Of a stretch of DNA of 64,000 bases, positions 6,944-16,800 are shown piece after piece. A program made the translations under genes and the position numbers. The notes beneath the pieces were generated by a model, which saw only the letters and a program-made list of their open reading frames with translations, had not been told where the DNA came from and did no database searches. Origin of the DNA: an uncultured Gemmatimonadales bacterium (GTDB lineage: Bacteria > Gemmatimonadota > Gemmatimonadetes > Gemmatimonadales > JACORV01); NCBI GenBank assembly GCA_963835535.1, contig CAWIFL010000003.1:162432-226431 (forward strand), read 5' to 3'. Numbering within the stretch: position 1 is the first letter of the stretch; each line of letters begins with the position of its first letter.

Positions 6944-7342
6944 CTACCGCTGCTTCGCCGCCGAGCGATTCCGGGCCACCGCGGCCTTCACGAGCGCCTT
7001 GAACGCCCTCGCATCGACCTTCTCCCCTTCGGGGATGTCGAGCGCCCTTCGCGTGCCGCCTTCCAGACTGGAATTGAAGAGGCGCGCCGGGTCCGGGACC
7101 GTGGCCCCCCGGGCGAACGTGAGCTTCACGGCCTTCTTGTACGCCTCCCCGGTGCAGACGATCCCGTGGTGCGACCAGGCCGGGTTGCTCCACTTCCACT
7201 CCTCGGTCATCTCGGGGTCCGCTTCCAGGATCAGCGCCCGCATGCGGGCCAGGGTCTCCCCGCGCCATCCCTCCAGCTCGCGGATCCGCTGGTCGATGAG
7301 CCGGGAAGCGGACTTCCCGGTCGCCGGCTCGCGGCCCATCAT
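6944..7342 (-). CDS. DUF1801 (YdhG-like) domain protein
   Basis: Internal start MMGREP. The motif EWKWSNPAWSHHGIVCTGEAYKKAVKLTFARGA is typical of DUF1801. The upstream part of the 259-aa track ORF overlaps the VOC gene. Confidence 0.7.
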   Translation of the reverse strand: MMGREPATGKSASRLIDQRIRELEGWRGETLARMRALILEADPEMTEEWKWSNPAWSHHGIVCTGEAYKKAVKLTFARGATVPDPARLFNSSLEGGTRRALDIPEGEKVDARAFKALVKAAVARNRSAAKQR

Positions 7343-7734
7343 GAGCCCCACGTGAGCTGCACGAGCTGGATCAGGTTGCCGCAGGTGTCGTCCAGCACCG
7401 CGATGATGGAGCCCGTCGTGGCCGTGACCGGCACGGTGAACTTCACGCCCCCCGCGGCCAGTCGATCGTGCTCGGACCGGACGTCCTTCACCAGGAACTG
7501 GGCCGCCGGCCGGCCCTGGCCGCGGAGCGCCTGCTGGTAGGCTTTGCCGGCGGGGTTGGCGTTCGACTCCAGCTGGAGCTCCGCGCCCTCCGGGTCCTCC
7601 GGCGAGGCGACCGTGAGCCAGCGATAGTTCCCATTGGAGAAATCCGCCTTCTTCCGAAAGCCAAGCTTGTCCGTGTAGAACTGCAGCGCCTTCTCCTGAT
7701 CGTCCACGTACAGGCCGGTCCACTTGATGCGCAT
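7339..7734 (-). CDS. VOC/glyoxalase-family protein
   Basis: MRIKWTGLYVDDQEKALQFYTDKLGF... glyoxalase fold pattern. AAGGAGG lies 6 nt upstream of the ATG at 7734. Confidence 0.8.
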   Translation of the reverse strand: MRIKWTGLYVDDQEKALQFYTDKLGFRKKADFSNGNYRWLTVASPEDPEGAELQLESNANPAGKAYQQALRGQGRPAAQFLVKDVRSEHDRLAAGGVKFTVPVTATTGSIIAVLDDTCGNLIQLVQLTWGS

Positions 7735-7804
7735 GGCTACCTCCTTGTTCACGGTCACAGTGACGAGTATCCGAGGACAGGGCGTCCCGACTGCCTCGAC
7801 CGGC

Positions 7805-8245
7805 TCAGGGAGTCCTCGCGAGCAGGTCTTCGAGCTTTCCTCCCATCATCTTCCAGCCGTAGCGCGCGCCGCCGAAGTTCTGCCCCTGGTCCGGCTTGAA
7901 GCCCGAGTGCACGAGGGCGAGGCGCGTGCCCGACGCCGTGGGCTCGAGCGTGAAGGTCACGACGGTGGCCATCGCGCCGACGCCCCAGTCGTACCGGAGC
8001 TTCCGGTGCGTTTCGATCTCGGCGATCCGGCACTGCACGACGCCGTCCCAGCCGCCGACCGGCTGCGTCTTGAACGTGAACGCCGCCCCGCGCTCGAGCT
8101 TGAGACCGATGACGGGCAGGAGCCACGCCGCGAGCAGGTCGGGTTCCGTGAGCGCCCGCCACACCTTCTCCGGCCGGTGCGGCAAGTCGAACTCGAGCGC
8201 GATGCATTCCTTCTGCGCCTTCGCCGTCTTGTCGATGAGGGTCAT
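7805..8245 (-). CDS. SRPBCC/AHSA1-domain protein
   Basis: The internal start MTLIDK overlaps the arsR stop. The pattern LEFDLPHRPEKVWRALTEPDLLAAW...TFTLEPTASGTRLALVHSGF is present. Confidence 0.8.
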   Translation of the reverse strand: MTLIDKTAKAQKECIALEFDLPHRPEKVWRALTEPDLLAAWLLPVIGLKLERGAAFTFKTQPVGGWDGVVQCRIAEIETHRKLRYDWGVGAMATVVTFTLEPTASGTRLALVHSGFKPDQGQNFGGARYGWKMMGGKLEDLLARTP

Positions 8246-8580
8246 GGGTCCATCTTCTCCAGCAGCCGTTCCAGCCGATCGACGCGCTCCGTCCAGAAGG
8301 CGCGGTAGTGCGCGATCCAGTCGACGAGCGGCTTCATCCCGCGCGGCTCCACCCGGTAGTAGACCCGGCGCCCCTCGCGCCGGCCGTGCACCAGGCCGGC
8401 CTGCTTCAACGCCGCGAGGTGCTGCGATACCGCCGGCTGCGAGATATCGAAACGCGCCGTGAGGTCCTTCACCGCCACTTCCCCACGCGTGAGCGACTCG
8501 AAGATCGCCCGGCGGCTGGGGTCCGCCAGCGCCTGGAAGATCCTGTTCTCGACGACGGCAACGCTCTGCACGCATAACAT
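8242..8580 (-). CDS. ArsR/SmtB-family transcriptional regulator
   Basis: IFQALADPSRRAIFESL...VKDLTARFDISQPAVSQHLAALKQAGLV is a winged-HTH signature. Confidence 0.85.
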   Translation of the reverse strand: MLCVQSVAVVENRIFQALADPSRRAIFESLTRGEVAVKDLTARFDISQPAVSQHLAALKQAGLVHGRREGRRVYYRVEPRGMKPLVDWIAHYRAFWTERVDRLERLLEKMDP

Positions 8581-8606
8581 ATAAGCTGCTGCTTATGGCT
8601 TGTCAA
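8578..8606 (-). promoter_or_regulatory. sigma-70-like promoter with a palindromic operator for the arsR operon
   Basis: On the minus strand: TTGACA (8606-8601), 17-bp spacer containing the palindrome ATAAGC-N4-GCTTAT (8581-8596), then TATATG (8583-8578) overlapping the annotated ATG. Confidence 0.4.
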
Positions 8607-8671
8607 GCGCGCGGATCGGGCCGCCCTCGGCAGCCTCGTGCCGCTAACGGAGTGACGACGTACCGGATAGA

Positions 8672-9121
8672 ATGTCTGGCGTGGGCACCGTGCTTGCCCC
8701 GTACGCCGGTGGAGGTCCCAAGGCCGTGACTGATGCCGCCAGCACCGAACGCACAGGCTGGGCCCGTCTCTGGGCCACCGCGCATCCGTTCGCCCGTCCC
8801 ATGCCCCGCGCCGGCGCGTGGTATCCCGTGGTGGGGGAGGCGTCGGGCGAACGGGCCGTGCTCGAGGTGCGCGGAAAGCGGGTCGCGGTCCGGAAGACGC
8901 TTCTGGAGTTCCGGCCCGAGCGGCCCAAGGTCTTCACGGTCGTCGTGCGTTCGCGCGAAGCCGCGGCCACGCTGTTCGCGACCTCCGGCTCCGACATCGC
9001 GCGGGTCTACGCGGTCTGCCCGGCCTGCGCCCAGCGCGTGCCGGTCGTCGAGGACCAGGTGGCGGCGACGTGTGCCAAGTGCGGCCACGAGGCCGAGATC
9101 GCGTGGTGGGAAACGGACTGA
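8672..9121 (+). CDS. hypothetical protein with C-terminal zinc ribbon
   Basis: CPAC...CAKC pair near the C-terminus. No family recognised. Confidence 0.4.
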   Translation: MSGVGTVLAPYAGGGPKAVTDAASTERTGWARLWATAHPFARPMPRAGAWYPVVGEASGERAVLEVRGKRVAVRKTLLEFRPERPKVFTVVVRSREAAATLFATSGSDIARVYAVCPACAQRVPVVEDQVAATCAKCGHEAEIAWWETD

Positions 9122-9218
9122 GCGTGGGGCGAGGCAGATGGCGCGGGCGGCATGGGGTTCCGTGGCTCGCTGAGGTCCGCTGTCCACGCACCCTCACGTT
9201 CACGGGCGACGGCGGTCC

Positions 9219-9551
9219 GTGAACGGCCACTACCGCAGAGTGGCCAGTTGGCGCTACGATTCATACGAGGCCTGTCGACAGAAGAACGACCCGGACGACT
9301 GCGTCTCCCTCATGGTCGTGAGCGTCTTCTTCGAGAACATGGGCCTGCTCCTGCGGCGCAAGTTCGCGCCGATCACACTCCTCGACGACCTTCTCTCCGG
9401 CCCGATCCTCGAGATCCGGCCCAAGGTGAGGCCGGTCCGGGTGGGATTGCGCAAGGAGCACAACCAGCCGTCCTGGGCCGAGTGGGGCGAGTTCTCCCAC
9501 GACGCGATGGCCGATCGGATGGCACGGGTGAACCGGAACGGGTCACGATGA
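9219..9551 (+). CDS. hypothetical protein
   Basis: ORF with plausible composition. Weak resemblance to DUF4760-type proteins only. Confidence 0.35.
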   Translation: MNGHYRRVASWRYDSYEACRQKNDPDDCVSLMVVSVFFENMGLLLRRKFAPITLLDDLLSGPILEIRPKVRPVRVGLRKEHNQPSWAEWGEFSHDAMADRMARVNRNGSR

Positions 9552-9584
9552 GGGTAGCGGGCGGCAGCCCGCCGCCGCGGCACA

Positions 9585-10088
9585 GTGCGTCACCAGCGGA
9601 AGGAGCACATGGCGGCTAATACACGTCAGGATCTGATCGACTCTCTCATCTCGGAGTTCCCCGATCTCTGCGCGGAACTCGAGGCCTCGGCAGGACTGCT
9701 CTCCGCGGAGATGGGCACGTTCGCCCTGTTCACGCAGGAGGCCAAGGAGCGCGGAGACCTTGGCACGTACGAACGCTGCCTCACGCTCGCGGACAGACTC
9801 TTCGATCAGGCCGACGCCGCTCTGGCGGGCGCCTTCCGGACCTCGTACCTCGAGCACCTGGAGTTCGAAGGCTCCGTGGGTCGCGCGGCATGGAAACTGG
9901 TTCCGCCTCGACTTCAGGCCGTCTGGAACCAGCTCGCGGCCGAGAACCGGCGGCTCATGGCCCTGCCGCAGAAGCACGGCCAGCTGCAGCGCGGCCCACA
10001 CGAGCGTGGCCCACAGGGGCAGGGCCCACTGGCGCCGCGCCGCGACGCGAGGAAGAAGCGCCCGCCGCGGCGAGGCCGCCGGCGTTGA
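9585..10088 (+). CDS. hypothetical protein
   Basis: Helical N-terminal part and an Arg/Pro-rich tail that may be over-extension. No family recognised. Confidence 0.35.
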   Translation: MRHQRKEHMAANTRQDLIDSLISEFPDLCAELEASAGLLSAEMGTFALFTQEAKERGDLGTYERCLTLADRLFDQADAALAGAFRTSYLEHLEFEGSVGRAAWKLVPPRLQAVWNQLAAENRRLMALPQKHGQLQRGPHERGPQGQGPLAPRRDARKKRPPRRGRRR

Positions 10089-10123
10089 GCTCGATGCCCC
10101 CTTCCGCCTGAGGGAGGCTCCGG

Positions 10124-10645
10124 TTGCGAACAGATGACGCTGGGGACCAACGGCTCGCCGCATGGCGCACGAGCTGTCGCGTCACCGAGTATCTGGTCTC
10201 TCACATCCCGGCACAGCTGTGGCGCGCCACGATCCCCGGGATCCCGACCCGCACTGTCCGCAGCATCGCCGCGCACCTGCACAACGCGCGGTGCAGCTGG
10301 GTGCGGACCCTGGGAGGCGAGCACGGGCTCGCCATCCCGACACGTGTGGACCAGCGGACCGTCACGCCCCGACAGCTCGCATCGGCCCTGAGGCGGAGCG
10401 GTCGCGGCATCGCGGCCCTCCTGGAGCTCGGCGACAGGCACGGCGGCCGGGTGCCGCCAGCGAAGGCCTACGTGTGGCGGAACCTCGCGCTGGACGTCGA
10501 GCACGTCCTGACATACTTCGTCGCCCACGAGGCGCACCACCGGGGCCAGATCGTGATGGGGGCGCGCCAGCTCGGCCACCGGTTTCCGCCGAGCGTGACG
10601 GCAGGGCTCTGGCAATGGCGCGAAGGGCGCGGCAGCAGACCGTGA
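10124..10645 (+). CDS. DinB-family protein
   Basis: Histidine triad pattern (IAAHLHNA ... HEAHHRGQIV) of the DinB/YfiT four-helix bundle. Confidence 0.7.
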   Translation: MRTDDAGDQRLAAWRTSCRVTEYLVSHIPAQLWRATIPGIPTRTVRSIAAHLHNARCSWVRTLGGEHGLAIPTRVDQRTVTPRQLASALRRSGRGIAALLELGDRHGGRVPPAKAYVWRNLALDVEHVLTYFVAHEAHHRGQIVMGARQLGHRFPPSVTAGLWQWREGRGSRP

Positions 10646-10694
10646 GCGACGCACACGCCAGGCAGCCGGAAGGACGAGACAAGCCGGAGGCACA

Positions 10695-11123
10695 ATGAAC
10701 GCCCAGTCCTCGGGCCGTCAGCTACCTCCGCTGCCGGAGCAGCGGCGCGCGCGGCTGCGCCGCGTGGAGCGGCGGTTCTTGCTGGGGCTCGCGACGCTGG
10801 TCCTGCTGGTGGTCGCGTGGGGGGCGCTCTCGGGCGCCGTCCGCCAGTTCCCCCGCTCGGACACGGTCGCGCAGAAGGTCGAGACCGCGGTGCAGTTCGC
10901 CTGCGGGTTCCTGAGCCTGCTGGGCGCGCTCACGACCTTCGTATGGCGGCGCTCGGCCTCGCGCATCCTCCCGGCTTGGGCCGGCTCGCTCGCGGCGGCG
11001 GCCGGCCTGTCGGCCCTCGTCTGGGGCCCGCCGCAGCCGGCGGTCGCGCTGATCTTCGCCGCCGTCGCGCTGCTCATTGGGCTCGGGGTCATCCGGGTGC
11101 TGCGCAAGGGACTGGCGACGTGA
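10695..11123 (+). CDS. membrane protein, function unknown
   Basis: Four hydrophobic segments. No family recognised. Confidence 0.45.
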   Translation: MNAQSSGRQLPPLPEQRRARLRRVERRFLLGLATLVLLVVAWGALSGAVRQFPRSDTVAQKVETAVQFACGFLSLLGALTTFVWRRSASRILPAWAGSLAAAAGLSALVWGPPQPAVALIFAAVALLIGLGVIRVLRKGLAT

Positions 11124-11145
11124 CCGCCCGGTTCCGGGAGTCGTG

Positions 11146-11568
11146 ATGGCGCGCGCCTTGATCTTCCTCGCGCTCATCCTCATCGCCGGCGCCTGCGGCT
11201 ACGCGCTCTGGCGCCTGGTCGTCCTGCGGCGCCGGCGCGGGGCGCGCGTCCAGCAGGAGACCTCCCTGCCCTACGAGGTCTGGTACGCGCTCCGTCAGAC
11301 CGACGAGGCGGCGGCGGAGCGGTTCCTCACGGCCCTCTGGGACCAGCTCCAGGCGGAGCGCTCCCGCCTCTGCGGCCAGGCGGCGATCGGCGCCGCCGTT
11401 CCGACCCTGCTCGAAGTCCAGGTCGCCCAAGTGGCCGGCGCGGCGGATGCGCTGCGGCGCGCTCACGCCGGCGAGCCGGCGCTCCCCCCCGCCCTCGCGA
11501 TCCTGGAGGAGCGGGTGCGGCGTCTGTGCGGCGACGTCGCCGCGCTGCAGCCCGGCGGCAATCCATGA
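11146..11568 (+). CDS. membrane-anchored hypothetical protein
   Basis: Internal start MARALIFLALILIAGACGYALW (N-terminal TM). Overlaps the start of the cysteine synthase gene. Confidence 0.4.
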   Translation: MARALIFLALILIAGACGYALWRLVVLRRRRGARVQQETSLPYEVWYALRQTDEAAAERFLTALWDQLQAERSRLCGQAAIGAAVPTLLEVQVAQVAGAADALRRAHAGEPALPPALAILEERVRRLCGDVAALQPGGNP

Positions 11569-12494
11569 CCGTGCTCGACGCGATCGGCCACACACCGCTG
11601 GTGGAGCTGCAGCGGCTTCCGGCGCCCGGCGCCGCCCGCGTGCTGGTGAAGCTGGAGTTCGCCAATCCCACCGGCAGCATGAAGGACCGGATGGCCGTGG
11701 CCGCGATCGATGCGGCGGAGGCCGACGGCCGCCTCAAGCCCGGCGGCACGGTCGTGGAGTACACGGGCGGGACGACGGGCGTCTCGCTCGCCTTCGTCTG
11801 CGCGGCCAAGGGCTACAAGGCGCGCATCGTCTTCTCCGACGCGTTCAGCCAGGACAAGAGACTGATGATGGAGGCCCTCGGCGCCGAGGTCAGCCTGGTG
11901 CGGAGCGGCGGCTCCGGGATCACGGAGAAAGTGGTCCGGCAGATGATCGAGGAGGCCCGCACGCTCGGCGGCCGGCCCGGACACTGGTGGTGCGATCAGC
12001 TGAACAACCGCGACGCGATCGCGGGCTACGTCCCGCTCGGCGAGGAGATCCGGGAGCAGGCAGGACGCGTGGACGCCTTCATCCATTGCGTGGGGACGGC
12101 GCACTCGATCCACGGCGCGACACGCGGGCTCCGCAAGGGCGGAGCGACGGTGCACGTGGTGGCGGTGGAGCCCGCCGAGTCGGCGGTGCTCGCGGGCGGG
12201 CCGGGCGGCAGCCACGGCATCGACGGCATCGGCATCGGGTTCGTGCCGCCGCTCTGGGAACCGCACGAGGTGAACGAGCTGATGACCGTCTCCACGGCGG
12301 ACGCGAAGGCGATGGCGCGGCGTCTGGCTGCCGAGGAAGGCGTGTTCGCCGGCACGTCGTCGGGGGCGAACGTCGTGGCGGCGCTCCGGGTCGCGCGGCG
12401 TCTGGGCACGGGTGCCACGGTCGCGACGATCATGGTGGACTCGGGTCTGCGCTACGTCAGCACCGACGTCTTCCGGAAGGAGACCAGACCATGA
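11565..12494 (+). CDS. cysteine synthase / PLP-dependent beta-synthase family
   Basis: GHTPLVEL...KLEFANPTGSMKDRMA (PLP lysine motif) and GGTTGVSLA. Start MTVLD at 11565. Confidence 0.85.
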   Translation: MTVLDAIGHTPLVELQRLPAPGAARVLVKLEFANPTGSMKDRMAVAAIDAAEADGRLKPGGTVVEYTGGTTGVSLAFVCAAKGYKARIVFSDAFSQDKRLMMEALGAEVSLVRSGGSGITEKVVRQMIEEARTLGGRPGHWWCDQLNNRDAIAGYVPLGEEIREQAGRVDAFIHCVGTAHSIHGATRGLRKGGATVHVVAVEPAESAVLAGGPGGSHGIDGIGIGFVPPLWEPHEVNELMTVSTADAKAMARRLAAEEGVFAGTSSGANVVAALRVARRLGTGATVATIMVDSGLRYVSTDVFRKETRP

Positions 12495-12985
12495 TGCTTC
12501 GGCTTCGCGGAACGCTCCTCGCCCCGCTGCTCATGATCGGAGGCTGCGCAGCGCCCTCCTCGAGCCCGATGACTGCGGCGCACGCGTCGGCGATCGTGGA
12601 CAGCGTGAGGACGACTCTGACGGCGTTCGCCGATCGGCTCAACGCGGCGGATCGGGATTCTCTCCTCAAGTTCTATCGCGACGATCCCCGCTTCGTCTGG
12701 GCTGCGGACGGCCGGGTCGCCACGCACTCCGTCGCCGAGATCGGCGCCCAGCTGAAGGCGCTATCCGGATTCCCGCACTGGCACATCGAGTACGTCAAGC
12801 CCATGATCGTGCCGCTGGCGCCCGGCGTCGCGGAGGTGGCGACGGAGTACACCATGACGCTGGCCGATTCGGCTGGGAAAGCGATTTCGTTTGTCGGCGC
12901 CAACACGATGGTCTGGGTCGCGTCGCCCGGAGGCTGGAAGATCCTGGGTGGCCACAGCTCGTCGCCGGCAGCGCCGGCTCGCTAG
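12491..12985 (+). CDS. SnoaL-like/DUF4440 lipoprotein
   Basis: Signal peptide with lipobox LLMIGGC. NTF2-like pattern (FYRDDPRFVWAADG ... WKILGGHSS). Confidence 0.55.
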   Translation: MMLRLRGTLLAPLLMIGGCAAPSSSPMTAAHASAIVDSVRTTLTAFADRLNAADRDSLLKFYRDDPRFVWAADGRVATHSVAEIGAQLKALSGFPHWHIEYVKPMIVPLAPGVAEVATEYTMTLADSAGKAISFVGANTMVWVASPGGWKILGGHSSSPAAPAR

Positions 12986-12992
12986 CGTCGCG

Positions 12993-13520
12993 GTGAAAGC
13001 CTCGGTTTTCGTCGGCGTCAGCGTGGACGGCTTCCTGGCCCGTCCGGACGGCGGTCTCGACTGGCTCCCGCAGGGCGACGGCGAGGACCACGGCTACACC
13101 GAGTTCTTCGCATCGGTGGACGCGGTGGTCATCGGGCGCAAGACGTACGAGGTCGTCCTGGGCTTCGGCTCCTGGCCGTACGGCAAGAAGCCCGTCTTCG
13201 TCCTGAGCACGAACGCGCTCGCGCCGGCGCCGAGGGGGGCGGTATTGGAGCGCCTGTCCGGGGAACCAGCGGACATCCTGTCGCAGCTGGCCGCCCGCGG
13301 GATCCAGCACGTCTACGTGGACGGCGGCGTCACGATCCAGCGCTTTCTGCGCGCCGGCCTGATTCAGCGACTCGTGATCACCCGCGTGCCCGTGCTCATC
13401 GGTGAGGGGATCGCACTCTTCGGCGTCACCGGACGCGACATCACCCTGAAGCACGTCGCGACGCGCCAGATCGCGGGCGGCATGGTCCAGAGCGAGTACG
13501 AGGTACTCGCCCCGACGTAG
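12993..13520 (+). CDS. dihydrofolate reductase-like (RibD C-terminal domain) protein
   Basis: VFVGVSVDGFLARPDG.LDWL...VDAVVIGRKTYE...VYVDGGVTIQRFLRAGLI. GTG start at 12993. Confidence 0.75.
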   Translation: MKASVFVGVSVDGFLARPDGGLDWLPQGDGEDHGYTEFFASVDAVVIGRKTYEVVLGFGSWPYGKKPVFVLSTNALAPAPRGAVLERLSGEPADILSQLAARGIQHVYVDGGVTIQRFLRAGLIQRLVITRVPVLIGEGIALFGVTGRDITLKHVATRQIAGGMVQSEYEVLAPT

Positions 13521-13521
13521 C

Positions 13522-13881
13522 CTAAGGCTTGGGCTTCGGAGCCGCGTGCGTCGTATCGCGCGGCAGCTCGTGCTCCACGCGCCCGACGAGCGCGCCGTTC
13601 GCCGCACTGACGTTCACCTCGTAGGTCCCCGGCTGGTTCGGTACCGTGAAACCGAACGACCAGATCAGCTGGCCGTTCTCGTTCTCCAGCTCCAACGCCT
13701 TCACCGTGCCCGTCGGGATCTTCGCCTGCGCGACCTTGAGGGCGGAATCCTCGCGCACCTTGGCCTGCCTGAGGAGCCGGGGCGGGACCTCCCGCTTGTA
13801 GGTCGGCCGCTGGGCCTGGGCGACACCGGCGATCGCGACCAGCGCCGCGAGCCCGACGAGCTTCGTGACGTTTCTCATCAC
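13522..13881 (-). CDS. PepSY-domain secreted protein
   Basis: Signal peptide plus ALKVAQAKIPTGTVKALELENENGQLIWSFGF...YEVNVSAANGALV. Confidence 0.65.
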   Translation of the reverse strand: MMRNVTKLVGLAALVAIAGVAQAQRPTYKREVPPRLLRQAKVREDSALKVAQAKIPTGTVKALELENENGQLIWSFGFTVPNQPGTYEVNVSAANGALVGRVEHELPRDTTHAAPKPKP

Positions 13882-16800
13882 TGCCTCTTGGGTGGCAGGT
13901 AGTCCCGGCCGCGGATCGCCACGACCAGGGTGGGCACCAGCAACAGGGTGATGGGCGTGGAGAGCGCCAGGCCGCCGATCACCGCCAGCGCCAGCGGCTG
14001 CTGCATCTCGCTCCCCGCGCCGAGCGCCAGGGCCAGGGGGAAGAGCCCGAACAGCGTACAGAGCGTGGTCATCAGGATCGGCCGGAGCCGCACCCGCGCC
14101 GCGTCGATGATCGCCTGCTCGAGCGGCATCCCGTCGTAGAGCCCGCGGCGCCGGGTGAAGTCGAGGAGGATGATGCCGTTCTTCACGATGAGTCCCACCA
14201 GCAGGATCAGGCCCATGAAGGACGAGACGTTGAGCGCGGTGCCGGTCACGAGCAGCATGCCCACCGCGCCGACGAACGAGACCGGCGCCGCGAGCGAGAT
14301 GACCAGGGGCTCCACGAACGACTCGAACTGCAGCACCATCACCATGATCACGCTGACGGCGGCGATGGCGAGGACCGCGAGCATCGCCTTGAACGCATCC
14401 TGCTGGCTGGCGTACTGCCCGCCGAGCTCGATCCGGATGCCTCCGGGGGCCGGCTGCGCGGAGAGGACGCCCTTCACGTCGGCCATGATCTGGCCGAGCG
14501 AGCGGCCGCTCACGTCGGCGGTCATGGCGATCATCTGCTGCTGGTTCTCACGGTCCAGCTCGGCGCGGGACTCGAGGGGCCGCAAGGTGGCCAGCGACGC
14601 CAGCGGTGCCGCCCGGCCGCGTGCGCCCGCCGCGACGGGGAGCGCGCCCAGCTTCAGGGCGTCGTAGCGCACCGAGTCCGGCGCGCGGACCCGGACGTTG
14701 ATGGCGCGGTCCTGGGTGCGGACCTCGCCCGCGTTCACGCCGAGCAGCGCGCCGCTCACCGCGTCACCCACCTGCTCGGGGGAAAGGCCGAGACGCTCCG
14801 CCTCCGCGCCGTCCACCCGCATCATCATCTCGGCGCTGGGGAAGCTGATGCCGTCGAACAGGTCCTCCACGCCGTCCACCTTCGAGAGGGCCGGCGAGAT
14901 CTTCCGCGCGTACGCCTCCAGCGAGTCGAGATTCGAGCCGAAGAGCTTGATCTCGATCGGCTTGGCGCCACCCGCCAGGTCGTTGATCACGTCGGACAGG
15001 ATCTGCACGAACTCGATGTGCAGCGTGGGCACCGCGGCGTTCACCTGGTCGCGGACGGTGTCCATCACCTGGAAGATCGAGCGGCGCCGGTCGGCTCGCC
15101 GCTTGAGCCGCGCCACCAGGTCGCCGGTGTTCTGCAGGGTGGCGAACAGCCCCAGCTCCGCCCCGGTGCGCCGCGACGTCCCGGTGACTTCCGGCGTCCG
15201 CGCCAGGATCCCCTCGACGATGCGGAGCTGCCGGTCCGTCTCCGCGAGCGCCGTGCCGCCCGGCGTCCAGTAGTCGAGGACGAACGCGCCCTCGTCCATG
15301 TCGGGGAGGAACCCGCTGCCCACGAAGTGCTGCGCCGCGACCCCCGCCACGATGAGCGCCGCGGCCCCGGCGAGCATCCGCCGCGGATGGTGCAGCACCG
15401 CGCCCAGCAGGCGGATGTACCGATCGCCGATGCCGTCCAGCGCGAGAGCGAGGAACGCCGCCGTCGCGGCCAGGCGCCCCCGGGATCGCGCGGCGAATTC
15501 CTGCGCCTCCGCGGGCACGTCGCGCGCCCTCACGAACTGGTCCGCCAGCAGCGGGATGATGGTCAGCGCCAGCAGCAGCGAGATCAGCACCGCGATGGTG
15601 AGCGTGAGCGACAGGGCGGCGAAGAACTGCCCGATCACCCCCTGCAGCAGTCCGAGGGGAAGGAAGACCACGACCGTGGTGATGGTCGACGTCGTCACCG
15701 GCCAGATCAGCTCCTGGACGGCCTGGCGGATGGCGGCGCGCCGGTCCCCGACCAGGGCGAGGTGGCGCGCGATGTTCTCGGTGATCACCACCGCGTCGTC
15801 GATCACCAGACCGATGGCTATGGCCATCGCACCCAGCGTCATCAGGTTGAAAGTCTGGCCGAGCAGGCTCATCACGGACACGGTGATGATCAGGGTGAGC
15901 GGGATCGAGGACGCGCTCACCGCCGTGATCCGCCCATGCCGCAGGAAGGCGAGCAGGATCACGACCGCGAGCAGGGCGCCGATCAGCATCGCGTCGCGCA
16001 CCGACTTCACGGCGTCCCGCACCAGCTCGGCCTGGTCGTAGACCACCTTGTAGTGCACGCCAGGCGGGAGTGTCGGCGCCAGCGCCGCCATCACCTTCGC
16101 AACGCTGTCCGCCAGCTGGACGGTGTTGCCGCCCACCTGCCGCGTGATGTTGAGGAGCGCCGCGGGCCGGCCGTCGCCGGCGATGACCTGGACGTGGTCC
16201 TCGGTGCCGAGGTTCACCGCCGCCACGTCGCGCACCCGGAGACCGTTGCCGATGGCGACGTTCCCCACGTCCTCCGGGGTGTGCGCCTCCTGGTCGGTGA
16301 CGATCAGGTACTGGCGGTAGTCGGCGGCGATGCGGCCCACGGCCTCTGGGGTGATCGCCTTCCGGATCGCCCCGGCCAGGTCGTCGTAGCTGAGGCCGAG
16401 CGAGGCGAGACGCGCGGGGTCGGCCACGACCTCGATCTCCCGCACGTCGGTCCCCTGCACGTCCACGCGCCCGACGCCCGGCACCCGGGAGAGCACCGGC
16501 TTGATCTCGTAGAGTGCGATGTCGTTGAGCGTCGCGGGGTCGCCGCCCTCGAGGTTGTAGGAGAGCACCGGGAAGAGCGAGGGCGTGAGCCGCTCGGCCC
16601 GCACGTCGAGCCCGGACGGCAGGTCGCCGCTGATCTGGCTGAGGCGCGACTGGACCATCTGGAGCGCGTAGGCCATGTCGGTCTTCGGGGAGAACCAGAC
16701 CGAGATCTCGCTCGCGCCGCGGATGGACCTCGAGCGCACCCTGAGGACGCCGGGGACGACGCTGACCGCCTCCTCGATGGGGCGGGTGATGCTGAAGACG

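Noticed and set aside
5871-7540. Long track ORFs 5871-7268 (-) and 6071-7540 (+), 465-489 aa
   Set aside because: Arg/Gly/Pro/Ala-dominated low-complexity translations that overlap better-supported genes in other frames (membrane protein, DUF1801, VOC). This is typical of stop-poor frames in GC-rich DNA.
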